From Malacoraja senta (Eukaryota): DNA of 64,000 nt. Shown here in pieces: positions 51,031-64,000 of this stretch (its first letter is position 1; every line of letters begins with the position of its first letter). The stretch covers positions 5,396,001 through 5,460,000 of the forward strand of contig CM075993.1 of the NCBI GenBank assembly GCA_038087875.1. Direction: 5' to 3'. Both the position numbers and the translations under genes were made by a program. The notes beneath the pieces were generated by a model. The model was given only the letters and a program-made list of their open reading frames with translations, did not search any database and was not told where the DNA came from.

Positions 51031-52389
51031 TGAAGAGTTGCTGCCTCACAGCGCCAGAGACCCGGGTTCGATCCTGACCTCGGCTGCTGTCTGTGTGGAG
51101 TTTGTACATTGTCCCTGTGAATGCTCGGGCTTCCTCTGATGTGCTCCCACATCCCAAAGACGTGCGGGTTTGTAGGTTAATTGGTCTCTGTAAATCGCCC
51201 CTAAAGTGTGGGTGTGGATGTGAAAGCAAGATAACATGGAACTAGTGTAAACGGTTGATTGGTGGCCAGTGTGGACTGAAGTGCCTGTTTCCGTGCTGTA
51301 TCTTTCAATCAATCTTGCAATGTAAAGATTATACATATGAGACCTGAATTTCATGGTCTGTTCCACTGGTTCCAACATGTTATTTTACTGAAAGAATAGA
51401 AATTAACTAAAAAACACCATGTGCATTTATTTGATTCAAGCCATCTTTGAAAGTGAAACTGTGGCTAAAGTTGATCCACTGAAAAAACAATAGGAAATCT
51501 ATCAATCAATAGTCAATAGACATTAGGTGCAGGAGGAGGCCATTCAGCCCATCGAGCCAGCACTGCCATTCATTATGATCATGGCTGATCATCCACAATC
51601 AGTACCCCGTTCCTGCCTTCTCCCCATATCCCCTGACTCCGCTATCTCTAAGAGCTCTATCTAACTAATCAATTGTGTTCTGATGAAGATTTCAAGGAAC
51701 CTAATTCAATATTGGTCTCAGCACACTGATCTGTTTTCACACTAAAGCTAAGTCGATGGAGGTACAGATGTTGCAGAACACAGACTGAAGAAGGGTCCCA
51801 ACCCAAAATGTCATCTGTCCATTCCCTCCACCGATGCTGCATGACCCAATGAGGTCCCCAGCAGTTTGTTTTATGCTAAACTGAGTGTCTGGCTAAAAAG
51901 ACTATTCTAATGACTAGATAATTACAATTAATGGCTCTAGTTACCTTGTGGTTTTGCTAAAAGTGCACAAATGTCTGAGGTGTCTGACCAAATAATTTTT
52001 ATCTGACGGCGACCTATTTATTAAGGGGTCCTACCCAGAGGACAAGGAGAATTATTATACATAAAACAGAAACAATCATTTCTGGAAGTAATAATTTAAA
52101 TGATTTTCTTACAATAAAAAGCAATATAGATCTTCAATTCATCACAAAATGTTTTACTATTGCTGGGGGAGGCTTTGGAGGGGATTTGATTGAAGAATAA
52201 TGAATGAATAGTGGAATGAGACGAGAATCTGAGGAAGAATTTTTGGTGGTTGGAATCTGGAATGCAATGATTGAGGGGATATTCGATGCAGAGACTCACA
52301 CGGCATTAAAGTAGCAGTGGACATGCACTGGAATCACTAAGGCATTGAAGGCTACAATTGCTGGTAAATGAGCTTAATATCCATAGGTT

Positions 52390-52933
52390 TAAGAAAAAAC
52401 TGCAGATGCTAGAAAAATCGAAGGTAGACAAAAATGCTGGAGGAACTCAGCGGGTGAGGCGGCATCTATGGAGAACTTCTCTACATCGGCGAGACCAAGC
52501 GCAGGCTTGGCGATCGCTTCGCCCAACACCTCCGCTCAGTTCGCATTAACCAACCTGATCTCCCGGTGGCCCAGCACTTCAACTCCCCCTCCCATTCCGA
52601 ATCTGACCTTTCTGTCCTGGGCCTCCTCCATGGCCAGAGTGAGGCCCAGCGCACATTGGAGGAGCAGCACCTCATATTTCGCTTGGGTAGTTTACACCCC
52701 AGCGGTAAGAACATTGACTTCTCTAATTTCAGATAGTCCTTGCTTTCTCCCTCCTTCCCCTCCCCTTCCCAGCTCTCCCACAGCCTACTGTCTCCTCCTC
52801 TTCCTTTATTTTTCCCGCTCCCCCCCTCCCGACATCAGTCTGAAGAAGGGTCTCGACCCGAAACGTCACCTATTCCTTCTCTCCATAGATGCTGCCTCAC
52901 CCGCTGAGTTCCCCCAGCATTTTTGTCTACCTT
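52390..52933 (+). mobile_element. 5'-truncated Penelope-like element with inverted pLTR, GIY-YIG and pLTR
   Basis: LYIGETKRRLGDRFAQHLRSV...IDFSNFR*; inverted pLTR piece at 52390-52474; intact hammerhead core at 52840-52867. Confidence 0.9.
52840..52867 (+). ncRNA. Minimal hammerhead ribozyme motif in its native Penelope context
   Basis: CTGAAGA-A-GGGT-CTCG-ACCC-GAAA-CG-TC about 100 nt after the GIY-YIG stop codon. Confidence 0.7.
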
Positions 52934-54235
52934 TAATATCGATAGGTGTTTGATGTTTCTGTGCAGAATGAGATGATGTCATTATGTCCAGATGATATAA
53001 ACTCAGTTTTGGGAGTTCAGCTGCTGGCCTTTGAGAAGAAGTTATCACCTGATGAGTTAGTTTATCTGTGGGGTAAAATTGTGATTTGGGGAAACTGTAT
53101 TGAATGTATGTATTGCCTCCGAGAATGTCGGATGGAGTTTTGTATGGATCATGTATTGTATATACTTATTTCTCGAATAAAGTTTAAATTTTTTTTTTTT
53201 TTTAAGTTTATCTGCAGCAATGGAGGTTCATTGTTTGGCCTTATTGCCCTGGGCCAGGAAAAGCCTTCTGCTCACACTGCGTGGGTATTGCTGTTAGATA
53301 TGGTGCACTCCACCATGTACAATGGATTCACAGATCATTATGTTGCCCATTTGGCAAATCTCTACGTGGGTGGCCACTCGTTAAGTGTCAGAAAGCAGTG
53401 TGACAGTGCTTGATGGCATTATATTCAACTATGTGGTGCGTCCAATCAACAAGAGTACAGCTGCACTTTCCAGAAGGTCACCGATTGTATTCAGGAGTTG
53501 GAACCTTGTCTCATAATGTTTCACTCCAAAGCAGCGGGAAAAAAAAATTGTCAGCACCCCCTCATTCCTAACGCTCTCTCCCACATCAACTGTTGCTCTG
53601 GGTGAGAGCAACCAACTCAGCAAAGATTGGGACACAGAATCAGGTCATCTTCACACCAACCAATTGGGTTAGGTCTGTAAGCATTTTGCAGAACAATATG
53701 GATATTTATTGGCATACAGATCTAAATGATCCCGGTTTGTTGACATTCACAGTGATGCACAGGCTCAGACCACCTAGTCTGTGGTGAATCTGTAAGCTTT
53801 TCTTTCGTAGCACTCAGCTGTAAATAAATTTGTTTACTATCAGTGAAAGCACACTATAAATGAGTTCTTGTTTGGGCTTTAGCATGTTTGCCAAAATTGA
53901 TTTGTCTGCTTATTCACTGACCTGATGATTATCTCTGTTCTTTCTGCCGCTAAATAAAGACATGAAATCATTGTAGATGACTTATTAGAGCGAGAGACAG
54001 TAACACTATTGTTGCCCATTATACGCTGCTTTTTGCTTCTCTCAGCAAACAAACTCAAAAGCTTTCTGGACTGAATATTCCAGATGGGTTGTAATACCAG
54101 CAGCTGTTAACTCCTTCTATAGTTTTTATCACAATTTTCTCCTTTTCTTTCTGAAAGGTTTCGTCTTCTTCGAGTATTCTTATCTAGGCCCAGGGTATTT
54201 TACAGAGCATTAGTCAAGCAGGCCTGGGTGAGAGC

Positions 54236-54756
54236 TAGGGTTGCCAACTTTCTCACTCCCAAATAAGGGACAAAAGGTCAATATGAGGGACAAATTCCCG
54301 ACGGCAATTCGTTGACCGACTCGGCCGTGGCTGGGTGTGTGAATGATGAGTTGGCCCGGGTGCTGGACTGCACACAAAGCCCAGCCGGCGGGCCAGCTGA
54401 GGAGTTTTGGCCCGGGCCGCGCAACGTCGCGCGCAAAGTCCAGCACCCCATCCAACTCATGAACCCATGATCGGCCATGAGGAGGGGTGGTGGAGTCGGC
54501 GGTAAGCGAAGGTCCAACGGTCGGACAGGTGGCCGGGCTGCCGATCGACGGGGCCACGGGCAAGGCGCTGCTGCTGCTGCACTCCATGGGCTGCACTACA
54601 TCGGGGCGGGAGAGGCGGGACTGGATGTGGCGCTCCGAACTGAAATCCCCTCGACCCGAGTAGTAGCAGTCAAATACGGGGCAGTCCCGTACGGGACAAC
54701 CAATTTAGCCTAATATACGGGATGTCTCGGCTAATATGAGACAGTTGGCAACCCTA
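54236..54756. mobile_element. hAT-like MITE with TAGGGTTGCCAACT TIRs
   Basis: 14-bp perfect TIRs, GC-rich body, subterminal GGGACA motifs; no TSD visible. Confidence 0.75.
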
Positions 54757-55979
54757 TGTTGAAACTCAAGCTCTATCCTACAATACTAAGCCCACGTACC
54801 AGTGATATTTTGATACGGACTTAACTCAATAATTTGATAGACACAAAATGCTGGAGTAACTTTGCGGGACAGGCAGCTTCTCTGGAGAGAAGGGATGGGT
54901 GGCGTTTCGGGTCGAGACCCTTCTTCAGACTGAGAGTCGGGGGAGAGGGAAATGAGATATGGAAGGGTACAAAGAACATGTAAGGTGTGAAAAGAACAGA
55001 TAGAAGCAGATGATGATCAAGGAAATGTACAATAGTTCATTGTTGGATGAAGAGAAAGTGACAAGGAGGCATACAAACAGGAAAATTAATCAGGAGGACA
55101 GTGAAACTGGTCGGAGAACTAGGGTGGGGAGGGACAGAGAGAGAGGGAAAGCAAGGGTTATTGAAGTTAGAGAAATCAATATTCATATCGCTGGGTTATA
55201 AGCTTCCCAAGAGAAATATGAGGTGCTTTTCAATAAAACTCAGCAAAGATCAGAGGTTAAGCCGAGAACCAAGAAAATAGTAATTGAGCAATAACACGTG
55301 GACAAAATTGGACTTTTCTTGTGGCCACATTTAGTTATCAGTGTAATACCAAATTGGACTTAGTAAAATTGGAATTTGTAGGAATAAGATTTGAAGGGCA
55401 GATGTCACCTAGTCTAATACCAGGGAACATAGTCTTAAGATAAAGGGTCTGAGACAAGGAGAAATATCTTCATTCAGAAGGTCATAGACCTATGAAATTC
55501 ACTCCGGCAACGATCTGTGGATGTTCAGTGATTGAGGATATTCAAGGATGGGATCGAGAGATTTCGGTACTGTGGGGAATGGTGTGAAAGAGGATGAAGT
55601 ACAGGATTAGACCTGAAATCGATGGACAAAGCAATCTCAATGGGGTTCTATGGTCTACTTCTATTTGTGCGGAGCTGGCTGATTTTAGTTGGGGCTGCAA
55701 TAACGCGATACGGTTGGATTCTGTACGGCCAAGGCAAGGAGGTCAGAAGATGGTACTACCCCTGATTATCATCCAATAACTCTTGCTGGAGAGCAAAATT
55801 GTCCGGGCCTTCAGTACAAATTCTGACAAGTTTAACTATAATATTCCCTACAGTATGACAAATGTTCATTGGACTGAGAGAGGAAGAATGGGCCATAAGG
55901 AAGTATTGTCTTGCAAGCTCCTAATACCAGAAGCACATCTCATTTTATGAATTCAGCAATGGGACCATCTGCAGCACTC

Positions 55980-56260
55980 AATAGACAATAGGTGCAGGAG
56001 TAGGCCATTCGGCCCTTCGAGCCAGCACCGCCATTCAATGTGATCATGGCTGATCATCCCCAATCAGTACCCCGTTCCTGCCTTCTCCCCATATCCCCTG
56101 ACTCCGCTATTTTTAAGAGCCCTATCTAGCTCTCTCTTGAAAGCATCCAGAGAACCTGCCTCCACCGCCCTCTGAGGCAGAGAATTCCACAGACTCACCA
56201 CTCTCTGTGAGAAAAGGTGTTTCCTCGTCTCCGTTCTAAATGGCTTACTCCTTATTCTTA
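55980..56260 (-). mobile_element. CR1/HER1 LINE 3' fragment
   Basis: Same family, minus strand. Confidence 0.85.
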
Positions 56261-56685
56261 CCACTCGTACCACAGCCCAATTCATTCTTTACCTTGGTCT
56301 TACATAACGTTTGCAATGCAATACTAATGATTCAAAGGTGCTTCACAAAATGTCTTCACAGCATTTGATACAGAGCCATCAATAAAGAGAAAGTAGTTAA
56401 CAGGTCCAGTACGTTGTTTTCAAGGAACAATTTAATATACGTGAGAGAATCTGAGGTAATTCCTTGGAGTGCAGGAGGCTGAGGGGTGATGTTACAGAGG
56501 TGTATAAAGTAATGAAGGATAATACATTGGGTGAATGCAGACAATCTTTTTCTCAGGGTAGGCGAATCAAGATACCAGAGGGCATAGGTTTAGAGTGAGA
56601 GAGGAAAGATTGAATAGAAACCTGAAGGACAACTTTTTCCACACAGTGTGTGATGGGTATATGGAATGAGCTGCAAATAGACAAT

Positions 56686-57210
56686 AGACTCTCTCGAACT
56701 TCTACAGGTGCACAGTAGAGAGCATACTGATTGGTTGCATCGTGGCTTGGTTCGGCAACTTGAACGTCCAGGAGCGGAAAATAATGCAGAAAGGTGTGAC
56801 CACTGCCCAGTCTATCATCGGCTCAGACCTCCCCACCATCGAAGGGATTTATCGCAGTCACTGCCTCAAAAAGGTTGCCAACATCATCAAAGACCCACAC
56901 CATCCTGGCCACACACTCATCTCTCTTTTGCCATCAGGTAGAAGGCACAGGAGCCTGAAATCTGGTACATCCAGGTTCAGGAACAGCTGCTTCCCCACAG
57001 CCATCAGGCTATTAAACACAACATCAAACAAACTCTGAACTATAACAGCCTATTGCACTTTATCTGTTTATTTATGTGTATATATGGCCTATGGTATATA
57101 GACACACTGTTCTGTATTTATGCCTACAATATTCTGTTGTGCTGCAGCAAGCAAGAATTTCATTTTCCTATCTGGGACACATGACAATAAACTCTCTTGA
57201 CTTGACTTGA
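56686..57210 (+). mobile_element. Rex1/Babar LINE 3' fragment
   Basis: RT C-terminus and (TTGAC)n tail. Confidence 0.85.
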
Positions 57211-58798
57211 CAATAGGTGTGGGAGTAGGCCATTCAGCCCTGAGAGCCCACGCCGCCATTCACTGTGATTCACTGCCAGAGGAAGTAGTTGAGGCAGGTA
57301 CTATAACTTGCAGACATTTGGACTGGCACATGGACAACACAAAGTTTAGAGGGATATGGGCCAAACATGGGCAAATAGGACTAGATTAGATGGGGCATAT
57401 TGGTTGGTATGGATGAGTTGAGCAGAAGGGCCTGTTTCTGTGGTGTATGACTCTAAGTTGTTAGAGATGGGATTGTAGAATTTAGGGAGTTTGACAACTG
57501 AAGCCATGACTGCCAGTGGTGGAACAATGATAATCTTGGATGTGCAAGAGGCAAAAATCTCCCACAATAGGCTGTGCATCTTTGGCAACCAGGCCATTGA
57601 GGACAGTATTAAAAACCCCCAACTAATAATAGTTTTTAGTCTTCAACCTTCGTGAGCCTCAATTGTGATATTAATAACTCACCCATCATAAAGTACAACA
57701 TGACTAAGTCGGGATACAAAGTCCAGTGGCTTTATAACAGGGTCAATATGAATGGGTGTGTTATTTTGTGAAGGGAACTCAGGTAAAATAAGTGAGACGA
57801 GTAATTAAGCTATGAGGAATAATTAGTGCTGTTTTTTTCTGAGACTTTTTTAAATTAAGGTATTCCGTTGGGTATAATTACAACATCCCAGTGTTGTTGT
57901 GTGTACAAAATACTGCAAACACAAGGTTGATTTGGGCCATTCTATTGTGATAACACTGCCTTTCTAAGAAACTTGGAGTAAAAAAAGGGTATGCATTTCC
58001 TTCTCAGTTTGCGATAATAAATCACACATTGGAAACATCAGAATGAAAACATTCCTCCCAGTCTCAGGAATGCACATTCTACGTTGCGGCAGAATCAGCT
58101 TTTCTCCCCCTCACTAGCTGCCTCTTTCAAAGCTATTTGCACGTATCGCACGCAAAACTGGTTTTTCAGATGTGATGCTGGGCAAAATATAACAAGAAGC
58201 TTCAAAGCCAAGGTCTTTTATGTCCTCTGGATGCTGTGTACAGGCACTAGTGCATCCGTGACAACTGGACACGGAACAGGTGCAGAAATCCTGGCTGGTT
58301 CTCCCCAGAGTATGAGGGTCAGAATCTTATTGTCGCACCCAACTCCTGCCCCAACTAACCAAGTACACAGCGGGAGTCAAATTCTGATTCCACAAGGGAA
58401 CAAAGACATGTTTAGACCTAGATAACTGCATGCATTTTGGTTTGTTATTGCCAGTAAATTACAGGGGTTGAGTCTCGAAAATTTGCTAATGCATGAAAAT
58501 TGATTTTGGTTCCTTTGATCCTCCCAGTTTTGCAGCAGCACCTGTGACACAACATAATGAAAGGCCCTGTTTATCACATCGAGCTATTTTGTTGCCCTGC
58601 AGCCAAATCTTTTGAGGATCTTTTTTTTTGTACAGGAAGGAAAATAGAGCAAGATCACAATTTGTTTTTAAAATAGTTAAATAAAGTTTTATTAACCTCA
58701 GCAACAAGAAATACATGCTTTTCTACTTGTTAGAATAAAATTTAAGGTAATTTATGACATAAAGTTTACACTTTTGATTTATACAAGATCACGTCGGC

Positions 58799-58910
58799 AT
58801 GATCTATGGGTGTATAGTTAATAATTTACAACTGATAGTATTAGGACTTTATAAAAAACGATACGGGTTCATAGGTTGTGGATTCGGAACACGCTGCTGG
58901 GGTAACCCAG
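58799..58910 (+). other. Candidate short first coding exon (unidentified)
   Basis: ATG plus open frame of 37 codons (MIYGCIVNNLQLIVLGLYKKRYGFIGCGFGTRCWGNP) ending phase 1 at CAG|GTGAGT, within a TE-free block. Confidence 0.25.
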
Positions 58911-59142
58911 GTGAGTAACGGTAATGTTTTTTTACAGATGGCAGATATTTTGATCACTGTATGACAATGGTGGAAAGAACGAGTGTTTAATTTGTGATGG
59001 GATGCCAGTCAAGCAGATTCAACGCCCTGATTAGTGTTGGGCTTTAAGCATTGCTGGAGTTGCGTTCATTCAGGCAAATGGAATATATTGGTGTTCTTTT
59101 GCCTTGAGATATCTGCTGTAGGCGGTCCAGAAGTGTACAGGC

Positions 59143-59395
59143 AGTCACGGTGGCGCAGCGGTAGAGTTGCTGCCTTAGAGCGAATGCAGCACCGGAGACC
59201 TGGGTTCGATCCCGATTACGGGTGCTGTCTGTACGGAGTTTGTACATTCTCCCGTGACCTGCGTGGGTTTTCTCCGGGATCCCACATTCCAAAGACGTGC
59301 AGGTTGGCTTGGTAAATGTCAAAATTGTCCCTAGTGCGTGTAGGATAGTGTTAATGTGCGCACCCAGTGGCCCGAAGCTGTATCGCTAAACTAAA
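59143..59395 (+). mobile_element. HE1/V-SINE-type SINE
   Basis: Same family as 24814. Confidence 0.85.
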
Positions 59396-60203
59396 AAAAA
59401 AAATCAATGCTGTTTTTCACTCGGATAACTCTTTTATCACTGAGAAGGGTAGTGGAGACCCATGATAATTCCATCCAGGAGTAATGAAGTGACCATGAAA
59501 CCTGCTCGTCTTGTAGCTCAATGCAACATTTGATATCTTGTAGTGAGCTATAACGATGTGGACAGTCTGGGATTGCATTGAATTAAATCCCAGTTGTTGT
59601 ATAGGTATGGTAGTGTCCCTGAGGTAGACATTAGAACAAAACCATACTCTTGTGTACTCTGAAAGGCACAAAGTGATGAAATAACTCAAGAGGTCAGGCA
59701 GCATCTATGGAGAACATGGATAGGTGATGTTTCAGGTCAAGACCCTTCTTCAGACTGGAGAAGGGTCTTGACCCAAAATGTCACTTTTTCCCGCTTCTCC
59801 AGAGATGCTGCTTGACATGTTGAGTTACTCCAGCACTTGTGTATTAATCAGCGTCTGCAGTTCCATGTTTCTACATACTGTCCTGCACTCTTGTCATTGG
59901 TTGGAAGTGTGCGCGCGTGTGTGTGTGTACCTGATCCACTTCTAGTTAACAAATAAACTGCTGGTGGAAACATTGTCTTTGCTCAGATTTAAAGCATAGC
60001 CCCCAGGCAAAAGTGCTGAAGCGCCTGCACTGTTGGACACAATACACTGCAAATGGTGGAATCTAGCGCAAAGCACAAATTGCTGGGGGAACTCAAAGTG
60101 TGTCAGATAACTTCTGGGACGAGAAATTAACAATTTACATCTCAGGACAGGATACTTCTTCAGACTGATGGAGTAGGGGGGAGGGAGCTGGAACAGAAAG
60201 GTA

Positions 60204-61197
60204 CATAGATACATAGAAAATAGGTGCAGGAGTAGGCCATTCGGCCCTTCGAGCCTGCACCGCCATTCAATATGATCATGGCTGATCATCCAACTCAGTA
60301 TCCCGTACCTGCCTTCTCTCCATACCCCCTGACCCCTTTAGCCACAAGGGCCACATCTAACTCCCTCTTAAACATAGCCAATGAACTGGCCTCAACTACC
60401 CTCTGTGGCAGAGAGTTCCAGAGATTCACCACTCTCTGTGTGAAAAAGTTTTTCCTCATCTCGGTCTTAAAGGATTTCCCCCTTATCCTTATGCTGTGAC
60501 CCCTTGTCCTGGACTTCCCCAACATCGGGAACAATCATCCTGCATCTAGCCTGTCCAACCCCATAAGAATTTTGTACGTTTCTATAAGATCCCCTCTCAA
60601 TCTCCTAAATTCTAGCGAGTAAAAGCCAAGTCTATCCAGTCTTTCTTCATATGAAAGTCCTGACATCCCAGGAATCAGTCTGGTGAACCTCTCTGCACTC
60701 CCTCTATGGCTATAATGTCCTCCCTCAGATTTGGAGACCAAAACTGTACGCAATACTCCAGGTGTGGTCTCACCAAGACCCTGTACAACTGCAGTAGAAC
60801 CTCCCTGCTCCTATACTCAAATCCTTTTGCTATGAAAGCTAACATACCATTCGCTGTCTTCACTGCCTGCTGCACCTGCATGCCTACTTTCAATGACTGG
60901 TGTACCATGACACCCAGGTCTCGCTGCATCTCCCCATTTCCTAGTCGGCCACCATTTAGATAATAGTCTGCTTTCCTGTTTTTGCCACCAAAGTGGATAA
61001 CCTCACATTTATCCACATTATACTGCATCTGCCAAACATTTGCCCACTCACCCAGCCTATCCACGTCACCTTGCAGTCTCCTAGCATCCTCCTCACAGCT
61101 AACACTGCCCCCCAGCTTAGTGTCATCCGCAAACTTGGAGATGTTGCCTTCAATTCCCTCATCCAGATCATTAATATAAATTGTAAATAGCTGGGGG
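60204..61197 (-). mobile_element. CR1 LINE ORF2 RT 3' portion, about 1 kb
   Basis: SKFADDTKLGG...WQMQYNVDKCEVIHFG...RPHLEYCVQFWSP with frameshifts. Confidence 0.92.
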
Positions 61198-61979
61198 GCA
61201 GTAATAGGATACAGGTGATCAGCAGATGGGTGGAGATAGTGTCAAAGTCTAGAAGTCTTCTTGTGTATGGCGTGCACAGCCTAAAGTTGCAGGTCAACTT
61301 GTTCTATTTGATCTTGTTTGTGCATGTCGGATTGATTGCATTAGTCGAAACAGGGTGGACCACGTGAAGGTTGCATTCTCCCATCCCATGTCTAGAAATG
61401 AAAAGAAAACAAAAAGGATGTCAGTTAAGGAAGGAAGAGGAGGAGTGAAGATAGATACAAAATGATGGGAGTAACTCAGCAGGACAGGCAACATCTCTGT
61501 AGAGAAGGAATGGGTGACGTCTTGGGTCAAGACCATTCCTGCTCTCCAGAGATGCTGCCTGTCCCGCTGAGTTACTCCAGCATTTTGTGTGTCTACCTTC
61601 GATTTAAACCAGCATCTGCAATTCTTTCCTACACAAGTGAAATGTAAAGCCGGTGGGAAGGACATGGGTGGAAGGGGATGGGAAAGAGGGGGATAAGGGA
61701 CTCGGGGCAGGGAAGGCTGTGAGGGGAACGAAGGAAGAGGAGAAAGGAACATGGTGGTGGGTTGGCAGGAGAAAGGTGTGAAAAGGGGGGATTGGGGTAT
61801 ATATTTGAAATGGAAAAATTCAATGTTCGTGGTGTCTTTTCTACTGTTTGAGGAACTGGACCAACCAATGATCTACATCTTTTGGAGAAGGAGAAAAATT
61901 CTGCTAAAAAATTGACCCCACATCCAATGGCCAGTTGTACCAAAATCAATAGGTCTCGACCCGCACGTCACCCATTCCT

Positions 61980-62425
61980 TCAAGTTCAAGTGAGTTTATT
62001 GTCATGTGTCCCTGATAGGACAATGAAATTCTTGCTTTGCTTCAGCACAACAGAACATAGTAGGCATTGATTACAAAACAGATCAGTGTGTCCATATACC
62101 ATTATATAAATATATACACACATGAATAAATAAACTGATAAAGTGCAAATAACAGATAATGGGCTATTAATGTTCAGAGTTTTGTCCGAGCCAAGTTTAA
62201 TAGCCTGATGGCTGTGGGGAAGTAGCTATTCCTGAACCTGGTCGTTGCAGTCTTCAGGCTCCTGTACCTTCTACCTGAAGGTAGCGGGGAGTTGAGTATG
62301 TGGCCAGTATGGTGTGGGTCCTTGATGATACTGCCAGCCTTTTTGAGGCAGCGACTGTGATAGATCCCCTCGATGGAAGGGAGGTCAAAGCCGACGATGG
62401 ACTGGGCAGTGTTTACTACTTTTTG
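61980..62425 (-). mobile_element. Rex1/Babar LINE 3' fragment
   Basis: Reverse-strand tail and RT C-terminus. Confidence 0.85.
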
Positions 62426-62987
62426 TCGTCATCTCCAGATGCTGCCTGTCCCTCTGAGTTACTCCAGAATTTTGTGTACCAAAATTAACATAGCTTTTAG
62501 TAAATATACTGTACTGATAAATTTTCAATTTTCTGTATCAGTAGCATGTCTCTTTTCAGATGGTTGCACTTTGAACAATTTCCAAAATTTATTGTTGCAA
62601 AAGAATTTAAGTGAGTGTCATCCAGTTCAGTTGTATGAGGATGGTTATGCATGTACATACAAATTAAGTTCAATGCTCAGGGGGCAGAACTAATTCAAGA
62701 CAGCATACCTCATCCATATAAACGTGTTTGGAAAGGCATGTAATTTATTTTTGGCATTCAAATTGATAAACTATTTTTCCGTGACAACATGCTTTAATTT
62801 GCTCCATTCATGAACACACCAACTACTCCAGAATGAGTTTATCCCATTTTAAAAGAATGCTTTGAAGCCACCTTCTTGTGATGAAGGAAATCCCAGAGTG
62901 TAGGGAAAAGTGTTAAGGATTCAGATAAAGAAGTATTAACATATGAAGGTATGGCTTTGTATTTCCAAGTCACAGTGTTGGGTAACA

Positions 62988-64000
62988 GTCAAGTCAAGTC
63001 AAGAGAGTTTATTGTCATGTGCCCCAGATAGGACAATGAAATTCTTGCTTGCTGCAGCACAAAATATTGTAGGCATAAATACAGATCAAATCAGTGTGTG
63101 CATATACCATAGAATATATATATATATATATATACACACATAAATAAACAGATAAAGTGCAATAGGCTGTTATAGTTCAGAGTTTGTAAGATAGCGAGTT
63201 TAATAGCCTGATGGCTGTGGGGAAGTAGCTGTTCCTGAACCTGGATGTTGCAGATTTCAGGCTCCTGTACTGTCTACCTGATGGCAGTGGAGAGATGAGT
63301 GTGTGGCCAGGATGGTGTGGGTCCTTGTTGATGCTGGCAGCCTTTTTGAGGCGGCAACTGCGATAGATCCCCTCGATGGTAGGGAGGTCAGAGCCGATGA
63401 TGGACTAGGCAGTTTACTACTTTTTGCAGCTTTTTCCGCTCCTGGACGCTCAGGTTCCCGAACCAAGCCACGATGCAACTGTGCACCTGTAGAAGTTCAA
63501 GAGAGTCCTCCTTGGCATACCGACTCTCCATAATCTTCTCAGGAAGTAGAGGCGCTGATGTGCTTTCTTTATAATTGCATCAGTGTTCTGGGACCAGGAG
63601 AGATCTTCGGAAATATGCACGCCCAGGAATTGGAAGTTCTTGACCCTTTCCACCATCGACCCATTGATATAAACGGGCTGTGGGTCCCCATCCTACCCCT
63701 TCTGATGTCCACAATCAGTTCCTTGGTTTTGCTGGGCCAGGTTGAGAGCCAGGTTATTGTGCTGGCCCCATTTGGTAAATCGGTCGATCTCACTTCTATA
63801 CTCTGACTCATCCCCATCAGTAATACGTCCCACAAACAACAGTGGTGTCGTCGGCGAACTTGATGATGGAGTTCGCACTTTGCCTGGCTACGCAGTCATG
63901 AGTATAGAGTGAGTACAGCAGGGGGCTGAGCACGCAGCCTTGAGGTGCTCCCGTGCTGATTGTTATCGAGGATGACACATTTCCACCAATACGGACAGAC
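62988..64000 (-). mobile_element. Rex1/Babar LINE RT fragment running off the window
   Basis: GAPQGCVLSPLLYSLYTHDC...KFADDTT...FLGVHISEDLSW. Confidence 0.9.

Noticed and set aside
52946..53413. 155-aa ORF
   Set aside because: Non-ATG start, crosses a poly-T tract and repeat-tail-like sequence, no recognisable domain
58533..58552. REST/RE1 site
   Set aside because: Only the CAGCACC half matches; the right half is poor

Overview
Eukaryotic, repeat-dense non-coding DNA, most likely from a cartilaginous fish (skate/ray/shark). This is inferred from the mix of HE1/V-SINE-type tRNA SINEs, HER1/CR1 LINEs, Rex1/Babar LINEs, Penelope-like elements and a DeuSINE. No host protein-coding gene could be identified. 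Nearly all ORF-track entries are transposon fragments or microsatellite artefacts. The most notable signal is more than 25 copies of a minimal hammerhead-ribozyme motif (CTGAAGA-A-stemII-GAAACGTH). These sit in Penelope pseudo-LTRs, many as short fold-back units with their own 9-15 bp target duplications. The window also holds: a clean non-autonomous Helitron with two CRE sites; four related palindromic MITEs, one with a 20-bp minisatellite; an 8-bp-TSD hAT-like element with a perfect 28-bp hairpin; an internally deleted IR/DR Tc1; Tx1, L1, RTE, L2 and HERO-like relics; and several local inverted or direct duplications. Repeats left of a 200-N gap (18824-19023) show a strong AT-to-GC substitution bias. 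TE-free islands at about 30.6-33.0 kb and 57.6-59.1 kb may contain a promoter and first exons. Family names come from recognised motifs, not database searches, and many boundaries are approximate.
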